From Sphagnum compactum (lineage: Eukaryota), in the NCBI GenBank assembly GCA_965153455.1, contig OZ234493.1, forward strand, positions 10,530,213-10,594,212: a stretch of 64,000 nt of DNA. Reading direction: 5' to 3'. Made by a program: the position numbers and the translations under genes. Positions 25,844-39,600 of this stretch are shown piece by piece; the stretch's first letter is position 1; the number at the start of each line of letters is the position of its first letter. The notes under the pieces are model-generated. The model did no database searches and was not told where the DNA came from. It saw nothing but the letters and a program-made list of their open reading frames with translations.

Positions 25844-26167
25844 TTTTAAAAAGCATGAGGGCTAAGGTTATTGGGAACCTAAACATATGTAAATCATGAG
25901 GCATAGAATGGGGAGAGGGTTCTTACATTTACTCTTTAAGGATCTTACACTTGTCGACAAGATGGACCTTAAAGAGTAAGTGTAAGAAACCAACCCATTC
26001 TATGAGCTTTTAAAAGCATGAGGGCTAATGTTATAGAGAACCTAAACATATGTAAATCACGAGGCATAGAATGAGGGAAGGGTTCTTACATTTACTCTTT
26101 AAGGATCTTACACTTGTCGCAAGATGGACCTTAAAGAGTAAGTGTAAGAAACCAACCCAATCTATGA
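25844..26167. repeat. Tandem duplication of a ~163-bp unit, each copy containing a ~100-nt hairpin
   Basis: Units ~25844-26005 and ~26008-26167 are near identical. The arms are CATAGAATG..TTCTTACATTTACTCTTTAAGG / CCTTAAAGAGTAAGTGTAAGAA..C(A)TTCTATG. Confidence 0.9.
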
Positions 26168-29100
26168 TCTAGGATCCATCCATCTTGTAGGACAAGAGTA
26201 AGATCCTTCTCGCTCTTAAGGACCCGGACTATGATAAGTTTACAACCAACGAGAGATAAATGCTGAAATGGATCCAAGAGAAAGAAAAACAAAAGAAGGG
26301 TGAACCCTCTTGGAACCCAACAAATCAAACAATTGATTTTTGGAACAAATTGATAACATATTTCCATGTTTTACAGACATCATCGAAGCTTTGCAACTTG
26401 CTCATGATTTTGGGTGACCTAAAACACAAGGGTACACACTTATAATATATGCATATAATAGTGCCCATGTGATGCTAAATGTAATTTTTTCACAATATTA
26501 TATACCAGACATGAATCAGATACTTCAAAAGACATCCAGAGTCCTGACATGATTTTTTATGTTTTGTGTAGACATGGGGTTTACTCCCTTTTCTAAGGGA
26601 ATTGGCAGACAACAACAACAATGCTCCCCACCCTCCCCCCCCCTCACACCCCGCTCCCAAATCAAAGTAGAGAGGCCAAGATTGGTTCAGGATTTTCGGT
26701 CACTAAATTTACCATGCGGGCTGCTCAGCCTAATTTCAGGCAAGGCGTGGACTTTTATTAATGTACGTGTGAGAAAGTTCATAGGTGCACCTTGGTTTAG
26801 GGCTAGAATCGTGCTCATGCCCCACCCCGCCCCCAAATTGTCCCCTTCCTCCTAAATTCTTATTTACCACCCATTCAAAACTCCTATGCGAACTTATTAA
26901 TGGGCTATATTCACAACAATACTACAACAATTCTACCATTTTCAATTCTATAATTTTAGGTCACCTCACTAATTTTAGGGTTTGTAAGCAAACGAATCAT
27001 AGTGTAGTGAGTGAGTAAACGAATAGTTCCTCCAAGTGGGTAATAATTTGTGTTGTTCATGTAGGGTAGTAGAGTATACCTAAGCTCTTGTCTTCAACTT
27101 CAAAATGATGCTCATAAAAACATTCCTCTTTTTTGGGAAGTTGTGGTGCCTCCAATTTACATGTTCCAAATTGGACATTGGGAGTGAATTGGAGGTGCCT
27201 GACATGTGAGTTCTGAAACCCATCATGGGACAGACAAGAAGTGGGGACCATATATAATTGAGCTGTTGTTCTTTAGGGAGATGTTTGGTAATATGGGCAA
27301 GGGTACGAACTAGTATGTTATGGCAAGATTTATGAATACTTTTTTGCATGCAATTGAAAGAAGTACTTGGATTTTCAAAGGATGGAGCAAAGTATATATT
27401 AACTATTTAACTACTTAAAAGGATGTTTTGTAGCCGGTCTCTAGAGTTGTGGGACCTCAATTGCCTCAAGGGAAAAAATTAAATTTAAATAATAATAATA
27501 AATTGTAAATAGATTATGGAACATATAATTTCTTTTTTTTTTCTTTTGAACCTATAGAATAGTCCCAAGTCTTAGTTGGTTACACAAGTACAATATGATG
27601 TGGATTTGCCATTAAAGTCCTTGAAATCTTTTATACCGTTTCCGAAAAAGTTCATGATCAAAACCACAAACATGCATAACTTTCATGTAGGAAGGTAGCC
27701 TATAGAGTAGAGAGCTCATGAGTTTCTCAACTTTGAAGGAAACCTCCAAGGAGAAAGATCCAAAAACATTCAATGTTTAGGGGACTTTTCTCACACCCAA
27801 TTGCCAAAAAGTTCGGTTGCAATTGGTCTTCGATACATGTGTTCAATACTAAGGTTTAGTAGTTTTGAGCTTTGGAAGATGTGAACCGAATAAACATGCC
27901 TGACATTTAGAAGTCGTGCCACCTTGTTGCCTTAAGACAAAGTTCACAAGGGAAAAGTTCATTGGCTCACACCTTTGAATGTAGTTGTAGACCCATAGTC
28001 CCTTATACTTTGAAGGAAAACCTCCAAGAACAAGGTCCAAAACTTTTGCTACTTAGGATTGTGAGCCCAACCTCCCATGAATAAAACGTAATGTGCACCT
28101 CTCATCATCTAGGAATGTTCACAACAAGATGCAAAAATGTACGAGTGTTGGGCGGTTATTTGATTTTTTAAAATACCCAACACTTAAGGTTCTTTTAAAT
28201 TTTCAGAATCAAAGAACCACCATTTTCAAGAAATTTTATTTTTTTACTCTTCAAGAAAATTGAGAACCAAGGTACGACTTTTTTTCTTTTTTTCACCCCC
28301 ATTGGGTAAGTGGGTGTATTATACTTGGGTTGCTAAATAGTGAATAATATGTAATCAATTTTAATACCTATACAACACTGAAATTATACCTTCATGTAGG
28401 TAAGGTGTGTATCAATGTTGGATGGTTCTTCAGTTCTTGTATAGCCTTTTGTTCAAGGTTTTTCAAATTTTTCAAAATCAACCAATCCCTAGTCTCAGGC
28501 TTTTTAGAAAATTTACAATAAAATATTTGTCAATTTCAATTTTTTTTTTGAAAATTATCAAAGAACTAGTGGTTTCAGAGCACATTCTAATTGCCAAAAA
28601 GTTCAGTTGCAAGAACTCTGCAAGAAATAAGCCACCCAAATGCAAGCAACATTAGTTTGAATATCTTTCACATGAACCCTCTAAATCCTAGAAGCTAACC
28701 CTTGAACTATAACAATCTCCTTCTCAAGGATACCCAATAATTTAAATTTTGATGATATACCACCCATACTTACACAATCCCAACTCCTTCAAATCCCAAA
28801 TGCAAAATCCTTTTATCTATATGCTTCTATTCCTACAACTTGAACCTCAAATGGTCACCATAGCAATCTAAAGTCTTGGTTTTTATACTTCAATTCTCCA
28901 ATTGCATTTCTAATCAGAACAACCATTTCAAAGTTTGAGCTCGGTTTTTCAAAAAAAAAAACCTACAACTCTAGTTTTGGCAATTTTTTTTCAAATTCAA
29001 GAGCCTTCAAGCCTAGTTCAAAAAGAGGGTCCAATTCCATGTAAACACTACAATGTTTGCAATGTGACTACCTTGAGAACTTGAATGTGTTTTTAAAATT

Positions 29101-31488
29101 TTATTTTCAAAGTCTAAGTCACAAGAATTCATCGTCGGGTTTCACACTGCAAACCAAAGAACTTGCCAACATCGGTAACAACTGGGTTTTTTTTTTTTTT
29201 TCTTAGAACAGCCAATCAAGGTTCCTTATATTTGACCCTTACCATTGATTATTTCTTTGATAAAGAAGTTACCATCAAGCAATGGTGTCAAGCATTGGCC
29301 CCATTTTTTTAAAACATTCACAAAGAAAAGTATACATTTTCATACTATTTTTTTCAATTTTAGTTGCACTCATCAGCTCTACTTACATATGATGGCTCTA
29401 TTTGCAAAAATGGCTGGAGTTTAAATGACAATGAAAATTGCAGTCATTCAGGCCTAAATCAATTTTAAAGAATATTATTGGACATTACTGGGGCTGCCCA
29501 AAAAAAAAAACACAAACATTTTATATACCTATGTAGTTCTCCTATGCTCTATCTTGGGCCGTATCGAAAAACAAATTAGGTGTTGCCCGTATTTGCCCAA
29601 TAGGTAGGATAACAAGTGGCTTGGTGCATAATGGTTTTGTCCTTTATGGCAAGCACCAACAAGATCACAAGAGATGATGAAACTTGTAGCATGGTTGTGT
29701 AATATGATTAGGTGATTAATATAAAATGAGTTTGATAAAAAAGGCAACCGAAGATTAGGGTTAGGTTCCCAAGGATCACCCACTAATGCTTTACCCTCCA
29801 CCTCTTGTGCCTCCCATCCACTATCAGGTTTGCCTTGTGCTTGAGGATAGGTAAAGCTCAAAGGTTGGGGACATTTCCAACAAGCCTTGGTTGTTGCCTC
29901 ATCCTACACCCATCATTTTGCACCCATCATTTTGGGAATGCCTCTACCGTAGGCTTTACCTCACATGTACTCCATGTATTTCTATGGAGTGTCTAAGTGT
30001 ACCATCCAAGGTGCATCATAACATTTTGATTGAGTGGGTGTGTGCTTACAACAAAAGTGCATACCCTACCTTTTGGTCGGAATCAAAGCAAATTTGATTA
30101 AAATTTGGGTTGTTGAAAAATTAGGAAATTCCCAAGGTCAAATTGTTGAAAGTGTAAAAAAATTCAAAATGACATTGCTTAATTTGTTGAAAATATCAGA
30201 TTGACAAATTTGAAAAACAAAATAATTATTCTATTTATATGTCTTGAAGGTTGGAACACATGCAACTTGTAATCACATGAATTTTTTTTAATTATATAAA
30301 AATGACTTGACCAAATATATATATATATAATGAAATTCCAAAAACTACTATCTTGACATAATACAAAGCTTCAATCCACAATACATTTGGCCATTAATGT
30401 TGCCATCTCCTCATCTTCAAAAGCTCCTCTAAATTGCAGTCTTCAACATCCTTCTTTGACATGTTGTGATGATTGTTGAAAAAAACATTTTTTTTGGAAC
30501 TGCCCCTTGCATAATTTGAAAAAAATATTAGGATCCAACATGTGCAGAAAGCTCCGTTGCCTTCAAATTAATTCAATTCAACACTTGACTTGGAGAAGGA
30601 AAGTGAACTTCTCCTTTTGGGAGAAGGGAAACAATGAGACAAAGTTCTTCTATTTTATGAGCAAGGTAACAGCCCAAGAGTGGGGTGTTCCTGAAATAAG
30701 TGCTTTCCTGAGGCAGAGCCAAGGGGGCATCTATTTTGAGGTCAGAGGCCGGTGCTGATTTCGCAAGCACTCTACTCAGAGGGCATTACTGAACATTAGG
30801 CACCAGCAAAATAAAATAAAATTGCATTTCTTTCCCCATGATACTTGCCCACACATAATAAAGTTATGGGTGATGTCTCGCGAGTAAAAGGGAGAGAACG
30901 GCCAGTTTTGGCATAATAGTGCATCAAATGTGTAACTCCGAATGAAAGTTTTACAAACTGCAATAATTGGGACCCAAACTAGTTTTTTCACCAATTTTGG
31001 TGGTGAACTGAGTTTCGTCCTGTCTTTCCTTTTCCCTGAACGCCTCCACTGCTGCTACATATATTTTCACAGCTCCTACCTGTACAACTAAGATAATTAC
31101 TCTCGAACCTTGTGCATTAAATGCTGAGTTTAGGCATTTTCATACTGAGATTTAAAAACTTTTCGTACTTTGCGGATACCACTGAAAGAGGGGATAGGGG
31201 GTGACTTTACGGATCAATTTTGAGTGAAAAAATTTCCACTTAAACCTCCAAATACACTGGGAATTGTCTGCTCTAGCTTTACATTCCAGTTTTCTTCCTT
31301 GTTCAAACAATTTTCTTCCTTTTGCAAACTGTTGTAATTTTGTTGCTTGTGCACATTATGCAGCGTAGTATCATTCAAAATATAATTTAAGTCTTTCATG
31401 TGTGCATTACTTTTTTCAAACAAATAACAAATTTGTTATGCACCAAATAAGACTTTTTGGCCCTTCAAATTTTTGAACATTATTTCTT

Positions 31489-31880
31489 GTTTGCACCTTG
31501 CACCTGTGTTATACCAATATATACATGTGATCCTGCTATATATATTTATTATTGGCCTTGCCTTGGTAGGCAAGGATATTGTGTTTAGATTCATCATAGA
31601 ATATAGTAGCTTAATGGATTTTTATAGGCCCCTAGGTAATAAATAATAGGTCTATTTTAATATGAGGATTTTCAAAAGATAATATTTTGGCTTGTGTTGA
31701 AACTTGAGATTAGTTATAGAGTTATGATATCTTGACGGATTTTAGATTTTTTTTTAGAGGATTTTATTGAAGATTATATTTTGTGCATGGTGAAATATTT
31801 GAATTTCCTTAATTCTTCTTTTGCCTTAAGATACTTTTTTAATGTAAATGGCAAGGCCAAAGTGTGACACGCCCCTTGTT
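31489..31880 (+). mobile_element. Helentron/HINE-like non-autonomous element, copy 1
   Basis: 5' TTATTGGCCTTGCC-ttggta-GGCAAGG hairpin, 3' subterminal inverted repeat GGCAAGGCCA, end CCCCTTGTT. It is the reverse complement of 59220-59584 along its whole length. Confidence 0.6.
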
Positions 31881-33719
31881 ATTATAAATTAGGAGCCTTG
31901 ATAACCCAACCAAGTTAACAGGTGTACGATGTCATACCCTTCACATATCTGTATTGTCCCAGTACTTAGATTTCGTCAACCTCGATTGCTACCAGAAACG
32001 AGGACTTGGACATCGGACTCTCGTTTGTCATTTTAAAACCTTTGTGAACAAGCATAGTACTACCAATTATCATTCGGAATGTGCACTCATACTAGTATTG
32101 ATTTGCCGAGTAATGGTTGGTTCGTAAACCACTTGAAGAGGAGTAGCTAACTATTAAATTATTTCAATATTTATATTTTCAATTAAGATATGTTTTAAAT
32201 CATTATGTAACATGTTATATGGCCCATAGGTTTTGAAAATTTCCACATTTTATGAAATACTGATTTTTTTTACACTTTTGGTTATGGATTTTCGATAATG
32301 GGCTCATTGGGTTTTTAAATTGGCAAGCGTTGTACTCTCCCCCACCCAAAGAATATGTACATACATGTATGTTTTTTAAAAATTCAATATTAAAGCCATA
32401 TCAAATATTAGGACTAAAACTTTTTTTTTCTTTTTTGCAATTTATTTTATATGTGTATTAATTAATAATATGTCTTATTTCTATATATTAGTACAACACT
32501 AGTTTTCACCATCCAATTTTCTTGGTCCCAATATTTTGCACTACAGCGAATTTTTTTTTTAAAAAAGAAATGGAAAAAATGAGAAACATTATGTCAACGA
32601 ATTCCTTGCAATTTAAGAAAAACATCATCAGATTTTTGATATTTGGAAAAGGTATTCTGAAACTTTGTGGCCATTTAATAATTGCTAAAGGCTTTCATGA
32701 GGTGGGTGACTCCATAATGAAAATAGGGGGGAATTCAACCCTTTTTTTTTAATCTTATTCTTCAAGTGTAACTAACTCTTCATGACAAATCATAACTTGT
32801 GTTGGAAACCACCTTGCGCAAAACGTTTTCCATTTGGAACAAGTTCGAGTGTGAAAAGTCCCTCCACCCGCCCGCCCACCCACCCACCCACCCACCTGTG
32901 CACCGTGATGGATGGATGGATGGATGGTAAGTGGTCAGCAAACAGTTTTCTGTTCAGTTCCCGTTCCCTAGATAACCGTGGTGGTTAGCTCAATGCTTGT
33001 TTTTACTACCAAGTGAGTCGTTAGTTATAGGTAGGTAGTAAAAACAGCCCTTACTTAAATATAAACTATCTATTTACCGAGTCGTTAGTTACAGGTAGGT
33101 AGTAAAAACAGCCCTTACTTTAAGTATAGACCATCTACTTATCAAGTGAGTCGTTACCTATTTTCTAACCTATCTACGTATGTATGTATGAGACCTATTT
33201 CTTTACGAAATTGGTTACCAAGGTGAAATCAAATAGTAACTCGGTTGAGGTTCATCCACAACCAAGTGATAACACGCATCCAGTGGATGATGGTGTGCCG
33301 GTGGGTGTGGCCTGGAGGAAGTAGGTAGCCTTGTGTTGTTTGTATGCGGATGTTGGGTTTGGTTGTGTTGGGTTTGGTTGTGTTTCTTCTCATGACAAAA
33401 AATGAAGACAAGTACTGAGTACAGACAATGTGATGGCTCTCTCCACCACGGAAGCACATACCCTAGTACTTGGTTGGGCCAGTTCGACACTAATTATATT
33501 ATTTTCAGAAATGTTGATATTATTTTCAACAAAAAAAATTTTAAAAGCAAAAAAAAATAAAACATTGAAAGGAAAATAAAGAATCTGATGAAAATTATTT
33601 GACAATATATCATTTGTCAAGATGGAATCCTCAAAATTAATCAATTAATTAATTATTTGACAAACATATGTTGAAGTGACCAAGGTGCTATGGTACTTCT
33701 CATTGGAGTGGAAAGAGTG

Positions 33720-35000
33720 TTGGAGGAAAATTGTACCAGGATTGTTTTTTTTTTCTCTATGCTTAACAAGTTTTTTTGACACAACGGTCCTCACAAATGT
33801 CATAACAGGCAATTTTCACATCTAGTTTTCACAACCCAATTACCAAATTTTTGTCTATTAAAAAAGTAATTTGACACTTACAAAATAAAAATTTATAAAA
33901 AATGATTTGAGACAATGTTTTTCATTGAAATTTGCATCTCCACAACTTCATCCTTTTCAAATGCTCCTTCAAACTTTTCCAATTCCTCTTCTAAAAAAAT
34001 TGATAAAAACATATTTCAAGCCTTTGCACATTTTTCATCCATTGTAACATAGTAACATTCTTTAGAAAATGCATGCCCAAAACATGTTCCTTGAAAGATT
34101 TTCTCTAGACCAATACTTCACAACTTATAATTAATTTTAGAATTGTAGTCAAGTATTTACATTGAACCCTTCACCCTTCACATAAGCAACAAGGTTTTTT
34201 TCAAGTTATATTTTTCCAACATATCAATCAAATTTATGGCCAAAATTTGGCTAGAAATATTTGTTGCTTCAAAAACCCCAAAGGTGACATGCTTTGGTTG
34301 CCAAGTAGTGCCCAAAAATTTAAGGTCCAATGCAAAGATGTCATGCACACCTTTAGACATACATAGGTCAATTTAAGCTTGTAATTGCAAATTGACATTT
34401 TACCAAGGATAGTGAAACATACAATTGTTTTATTTTTTCCACTAAATCAAGTAGCATTTCTTATGGGAACTATTTTCTCGAAAAAAACAATGCTTGGACA
34501 CAAATGCATACTAAAATGCTTTAACTTAACATTTTTGACAAATTATGAAGGCAAATGATTTCTAACAATTAAAAATCACAAATCTTCCAAATTTTGTTTT
34601 TGTTACACATTGTATTTTTTGAAAGGTTCATTGGTCACAAAAAAATAAAATAGAATTAACAAATATATTAAGTCTCTCCTTTACTAGTTATCTTTCCTCT
34701 TTTCCTCTCAAAAGACTATTCATTTCTTCCTTAAATTTTTTGACAATAACATAACAGTCTACAAACACACATTGTTTTTTCAATACATTTATGAACCATT
34801 TGTTGTATTATATAATATTACACCCTTCCTTATGTGAGTTTTTGGGTTTGCAATTAAGAGTACACTATTATAACAAATAACACAACACATGACTTGAGGT
34901 GATTTAGGATGAACATCTTTGTTATCATTGACACAATAAAATGCCTAACACAATAACATTCTACTATGTGGTTTCCAAATTTTCCTTCACATACAATTTT
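33720..35000 (-). pseudogene. Degenerate hAT-family DNA transposase
   Basis: The minus strand reads ..MSKGVHDIFALDLKFLGTTWQPKHVTFGVFEAT..LAINLIDMLEKYNL, then frameshifted AYVKGEG.N..., FQGTCFGHAFSK...MDEK. These are typical of hAT (Ac-like) transposase cores. An upstream Cys-rich BED-like relic (QVMCCVIC) lies near 34890. Boundaries are approximate. Confidence 0.8.
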
Positions 35001-35864
35001 TACAAATTGTTTTACGTTTTTTAAAAATCATAATTATGTTTGAAAACTTGGATTTCCTTTAGATAAATTTTCATTTTCCATTACCACTTCATTCATGAAA
35101 AATGTCACATGCATTTTTATTTGATATATTTTCATTTTTTGATGACTATTCTATATTTAGTTTTCAATTTTCAAAATACATTACCACTTGATCAATAGTG
35201 AAAAAAACTAAACAACTATATGATCTAACATCTACAAGCAAGATGATGTACCATGCAATGTAATCATTTAACAACTTACTCATTTTTAACATCTTTTAGT
35301 GTCACCTTATGCAAAGTTTTTAAAATATTCTTTTGATATGCTTTGAATCTATGTGTATGGAAAGATAAAATAAATATTGCACAAAAAAAGGAAAAAACAA
35401 TTAGAGTTTGGATTTTTAAAATAAGACCAAAAAATGACACATGATAAACATGAAAACATGAAGCAAAATAATGATGAGAATATGAAAATAATATAAATAA
35501 ATTAGAAAAGATTTTTTTTTCAAAAACTAACAAATTGTTTTCTAAAAAAAATAAGGCAAACATATTGAACAAAAAATGAAAATAAATGAAAGAAAATAAA
35601 TGAAAAAATAAAACACAGTAAATGTGAAAACATGAAATAGAAATAATAACCAAAAAGTGAAACAAAGTTTCAAAAATTAACAAGAAAAAAAATATTAAAA
35701 CAATAGGAGAAAGAAATTTTAAGATTTTGAATTTAATTTTTTTAAAGTGAAAAAATGAGACACAATAAACATGAAAACATGAAACAAAATAATGATGAAA
35801 AAATAAAACAAAAATAATAAATTTCCAAAAAATAGACTTCAAAAGTTAACAAAAAATCATAATT

Positions 35865-36625
35865 GGGCACATTCACAATTAGGGTACCCAAAAGGACGAT
35901 CTAATGAAAAAAAACTACAAAGGACTATTTTGGATTTTTATTATGTTTACTATTTCATGATTATAGTGGATTGGTATATGACTATAACTACAATGATGTC
36001 GTGTTAATATATTAATTTTTTTTAAAAATTGGATATAATACAGATGTCCTTTTGAATTCTTTTAAATAATTTGAGTCCTTATCTTAACTATAATTTCCAT
36101 CTTAAAGGAATCGAAAACAATTTATTAAACAATGCAATTGACTTCAATTTTCTTTCATAGATAAGTAATGCATACATCTATGTTTGGCAATATTCATATA
36201 ATTTATTTAATAAAATAATATATGATATAAAATTTTTTAAAGCTACAGAGGCTATTATAAAATAACAAGGAAAATGATTCTTTTTTTTTTCCCCATTTGG
36301 TTGATGTTTTGTATTTTCTAGGCTTAGAATTTGTGGCCCTAAATGTCGACAAAATGTGTAGAAAATTTCATGCAAGAAAACATGTTAAGTTGTATATAAA
36401 AGCTTGTGGACTCATTTTTTATATTTTTGGTTTTTGACCAAAATATTTATACATAATTACATACGCATGTGAAAACTCACCACCACCATGAAAATGATCA
36501 TATTTGAATTATCAAATATTTTTCACTTAAATTTATTTCATTTAAATTTTATATTTGGAAGATAGCAAAAACAAAGTCCTTGAGGCTTGTGTCCAAAAAG
36601 GGGTACCCTAATTATGAATATGCCT
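35865..36625. mobile_element. MITE with ~25-bp TIR (family C, copy 1)
   Basis: GGGCACATTCACAATTAGGGTACCC ... GGGTACCCTAATTATGAATATGCCT (22/25 complementary). The interior is homologous to 43000-43300. Confidence 0.75.
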
Positions 36626-39600
36626 AGAAAAATTTAAAACATCAAAGAACAAAAATAAATTAAGGTTTTCTGAATATATTAACAAGGAAAAAACTTATTT
36701 CGACCACTCGCTATCAAACATTATTGTTAAAGTTCAAGAGTCACTAATTCCTACCGATGTGTTTTAACATTTGCATAGAACATGGTAAGAGAAAATACCT
36801 AAGCACAACTAATGGGAGCAATAGCAAATGACAACCAACAACAATAGGAATTAATGATAATGAACATCAATAACAAGCAGTAAGGAAAGTACTTGGTGTT
36901 GGAGTATGGTGGTGTGATGATGACTTATGCTGAAATAGTTGAAAATATCGAACGCCAACAACACATGTGATGATGTTGATGACAACGAAGTTGTAACATT
37001 AATAAACGACTACACAACACGAATAGGAACAATTAGTGATGACAAGTAACGCCACCACCACTAGTTGATGACAACACTTACACAATGAATGATGCAGCAA
37101 TAATGATGAAACAACAACATGAGTTGGTGACAATGTAACAACATTGATGAATAATGAAAACATGTAACCCAAACTCCACTAACAATAACACCAACAAGAT
37201 AAACATGCATCAACAACCAACAACAATAATGGTGAAAAAAAAAAGTTCACAAATAATGTGAGTGTCAAGTTATAACAAAACACAAACCTCAAACATTCAT
37301 ACTTCACAAAACAATGACCTCACAAAACAAATTAATTCAAAAAAACACAAAACATTCTTGAAATGAAAAGGAGTTGTTTTATTTTCCATTTTGTTTCTTG
37401 TTGGGCATTGATGCCTTAAGCTGCCTCAACCTCCACCTTAAAACTTAAATCCTTGTTGTATAACCCTAATAATTGGATTTGGGTTTTTTAAGAATTCCCA
37501 TTCGATTTTTAGGATTTAAAAAAAACTAAGGGTTGGCTCTTAAGCCCAATTCTCACATGGGTGAAAATCTTTAGGTTATGTTTCATCTCGATTATTCTTC
37601 ATATTAATACATGTCAGTTCCCAAAGTGAAAACCGAGTTGAGAATATGTTTGAGAATTGGATTACACTTTCATAACCATCTAACATTAGTTTTGACACAA
37701 GAAGTTTAATGAAGAATCACAAGCCTATCCTCTCACATATACTCTTAACCTATGTGCATTGTATAAAGGGAACAAAGTGTTATCATTGTGAAAGGATTAC
37801 AATATTACCTTTTATTTATGCTTAAATTTCTATATTTTAAAAAAATGATTTAAACATCATAACAATTTAGTCGGTCACATGTAAAGCCATGTGATGATGA
37901 ATCAAATTTTCCTTTGTCTTCTTGTTAAATATTTGTTTTTATCTCTTTCACAGTATAAAGAAGGCCTCCAAGTTGTGTGTTTGCATGTTCAAGTAGAAAA
38001 TGATCATCAATTTTGATGGTAAATGTTTACAATAAAAGAATTACCTTGTACAAAGATTTTCAAAAAAACTAAAAAGTTTTAAAAGGGGTAAATATGATTT
38101 CATTACTTTGGCCATCCATCAAGTAACTTTGTCACATTGAGGATTGTATCAATTAGAATAATGTATAATGTCACAACATCTCCATTTATGTATCACAACA
38201 TACATGACATGACATAGGGTGGAGGTATTTATGTGACATTGTTCATGCAATGTTTTTTTTTTGGGTCAAATTTGTGTTGTAACCAAAGTGGCAATGATAT
38301 ATAGCAAATTTTAACCAAATTTGTGTACAAGTTAAATTTGAATTTTTCTTGAAACATTTTTCTATATTTTTAACTACTACTTGAACCATGTATAGAATTT
38401 AGCAAATGTTTTTAAATTTAGATCAAATTATGGCTAATGAAAATCTCAAAAAAACACATTGTATTAACATTTTTTATTTTCAATACAACTTTTTGGTTAT
38501 ATGCAACCTACAAAAGAAAAGGTTGGCATGATCTACATTAGGGTTTAAGTTCAACACCGATGGCTATAGTTGCCATCAACATTTTTTTCCCTTTCAACAT
38601 CTTTCTTTTTGCCTTTTTGGCCTTTTCTACCTCTCTCCTTTCTTTAATTACCTTTTTCCTCTTCATTTGTTTCATTTTTTTCCCATTTTACTCTCTTTCT
38701 CTTTGTGTGTTGTTTTTCTAGATGTGGTCAATAAATAAGCACTATGAAGATGATGACACAACGAGGAGGTTTAGCTACTTATTCCCCCATCTTTTCCCCT
38801 ATTTCTATTGGTTAACTTAACAAAGCCTTGCAATGAAAAGCAAAAAGTGAATTGCTTGTTTCATCGACACCTATTGGTGAGTAATAAGAAGCAAACCGTT
38901 ACAATTGTATCATGCTCCCCCTGTTTCTCCTTCCTCTCACTCTATGTGTTTTTTTAATGATGGTTTGTAGTCAATTTGGGATGAACAACAAAACACAACC
39001 CATGAATTAGAATGACAACCTTTGAATGTTTTGGACTTGTTTGATTATTCACCAAGTTTCAAAACCAAGGATGGTAAATTTAGTTTCCATCTTGGTGGGG
39101 TGGTTTTAGAGTTGGTTTTTTGCATTAGGTACAGTTATTTGACCCATTTCCTAGCCAAATTGTTTTTCAATTTTGTGATGTTGTTGAAATGGCCACATCT
39201 GTAAGATGATTTAGCAAAATTGGGTTACATAATAGATATGAAAGTATTAAAAAAAAATCCTTTTACATTCTTGAGTACAAAATCCTAAGGAAAACCATTA
39301 ACATTTACATTCTTCTTATCTTTTTAAAAAACTTAGTCACAATGTGAAAGTGGGGTCCTACGTTATGTTTGTACTTGTTTTTTACATTTAGTCTTTATGT
39401 ATTTTCAGTCAAGTAATTAAGTTTATATGTGGTCATAGAAATAGTCTAATCCAAATAAAACAACTACATGTCCATGAAAGTATATTGAACATGTTTATAC
39501 ATGAAATTCAAAATTATGAGAGATGGATATGAAAGTTTCATGGTGGGGATTCAAGTCTCCCAGCATTGCTTCATTGAATTTTGGAAAGTCTTCCTATGAG

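Noticed and set aside
32955..33493. Possible further rolling-circle element with an internal ~63-bp duplication
   Set aside because: The duplication (33015-33120) is real, but the termini are degenerate and I could not define boundaries or a family.
35276..35842. 188-aa hydrophobic ORF on the minus strand
   Set aside because: It is F/I/L-rich because of A-rich degenerate repeats, starts at a non-ATG codon and has no recognisable domain.
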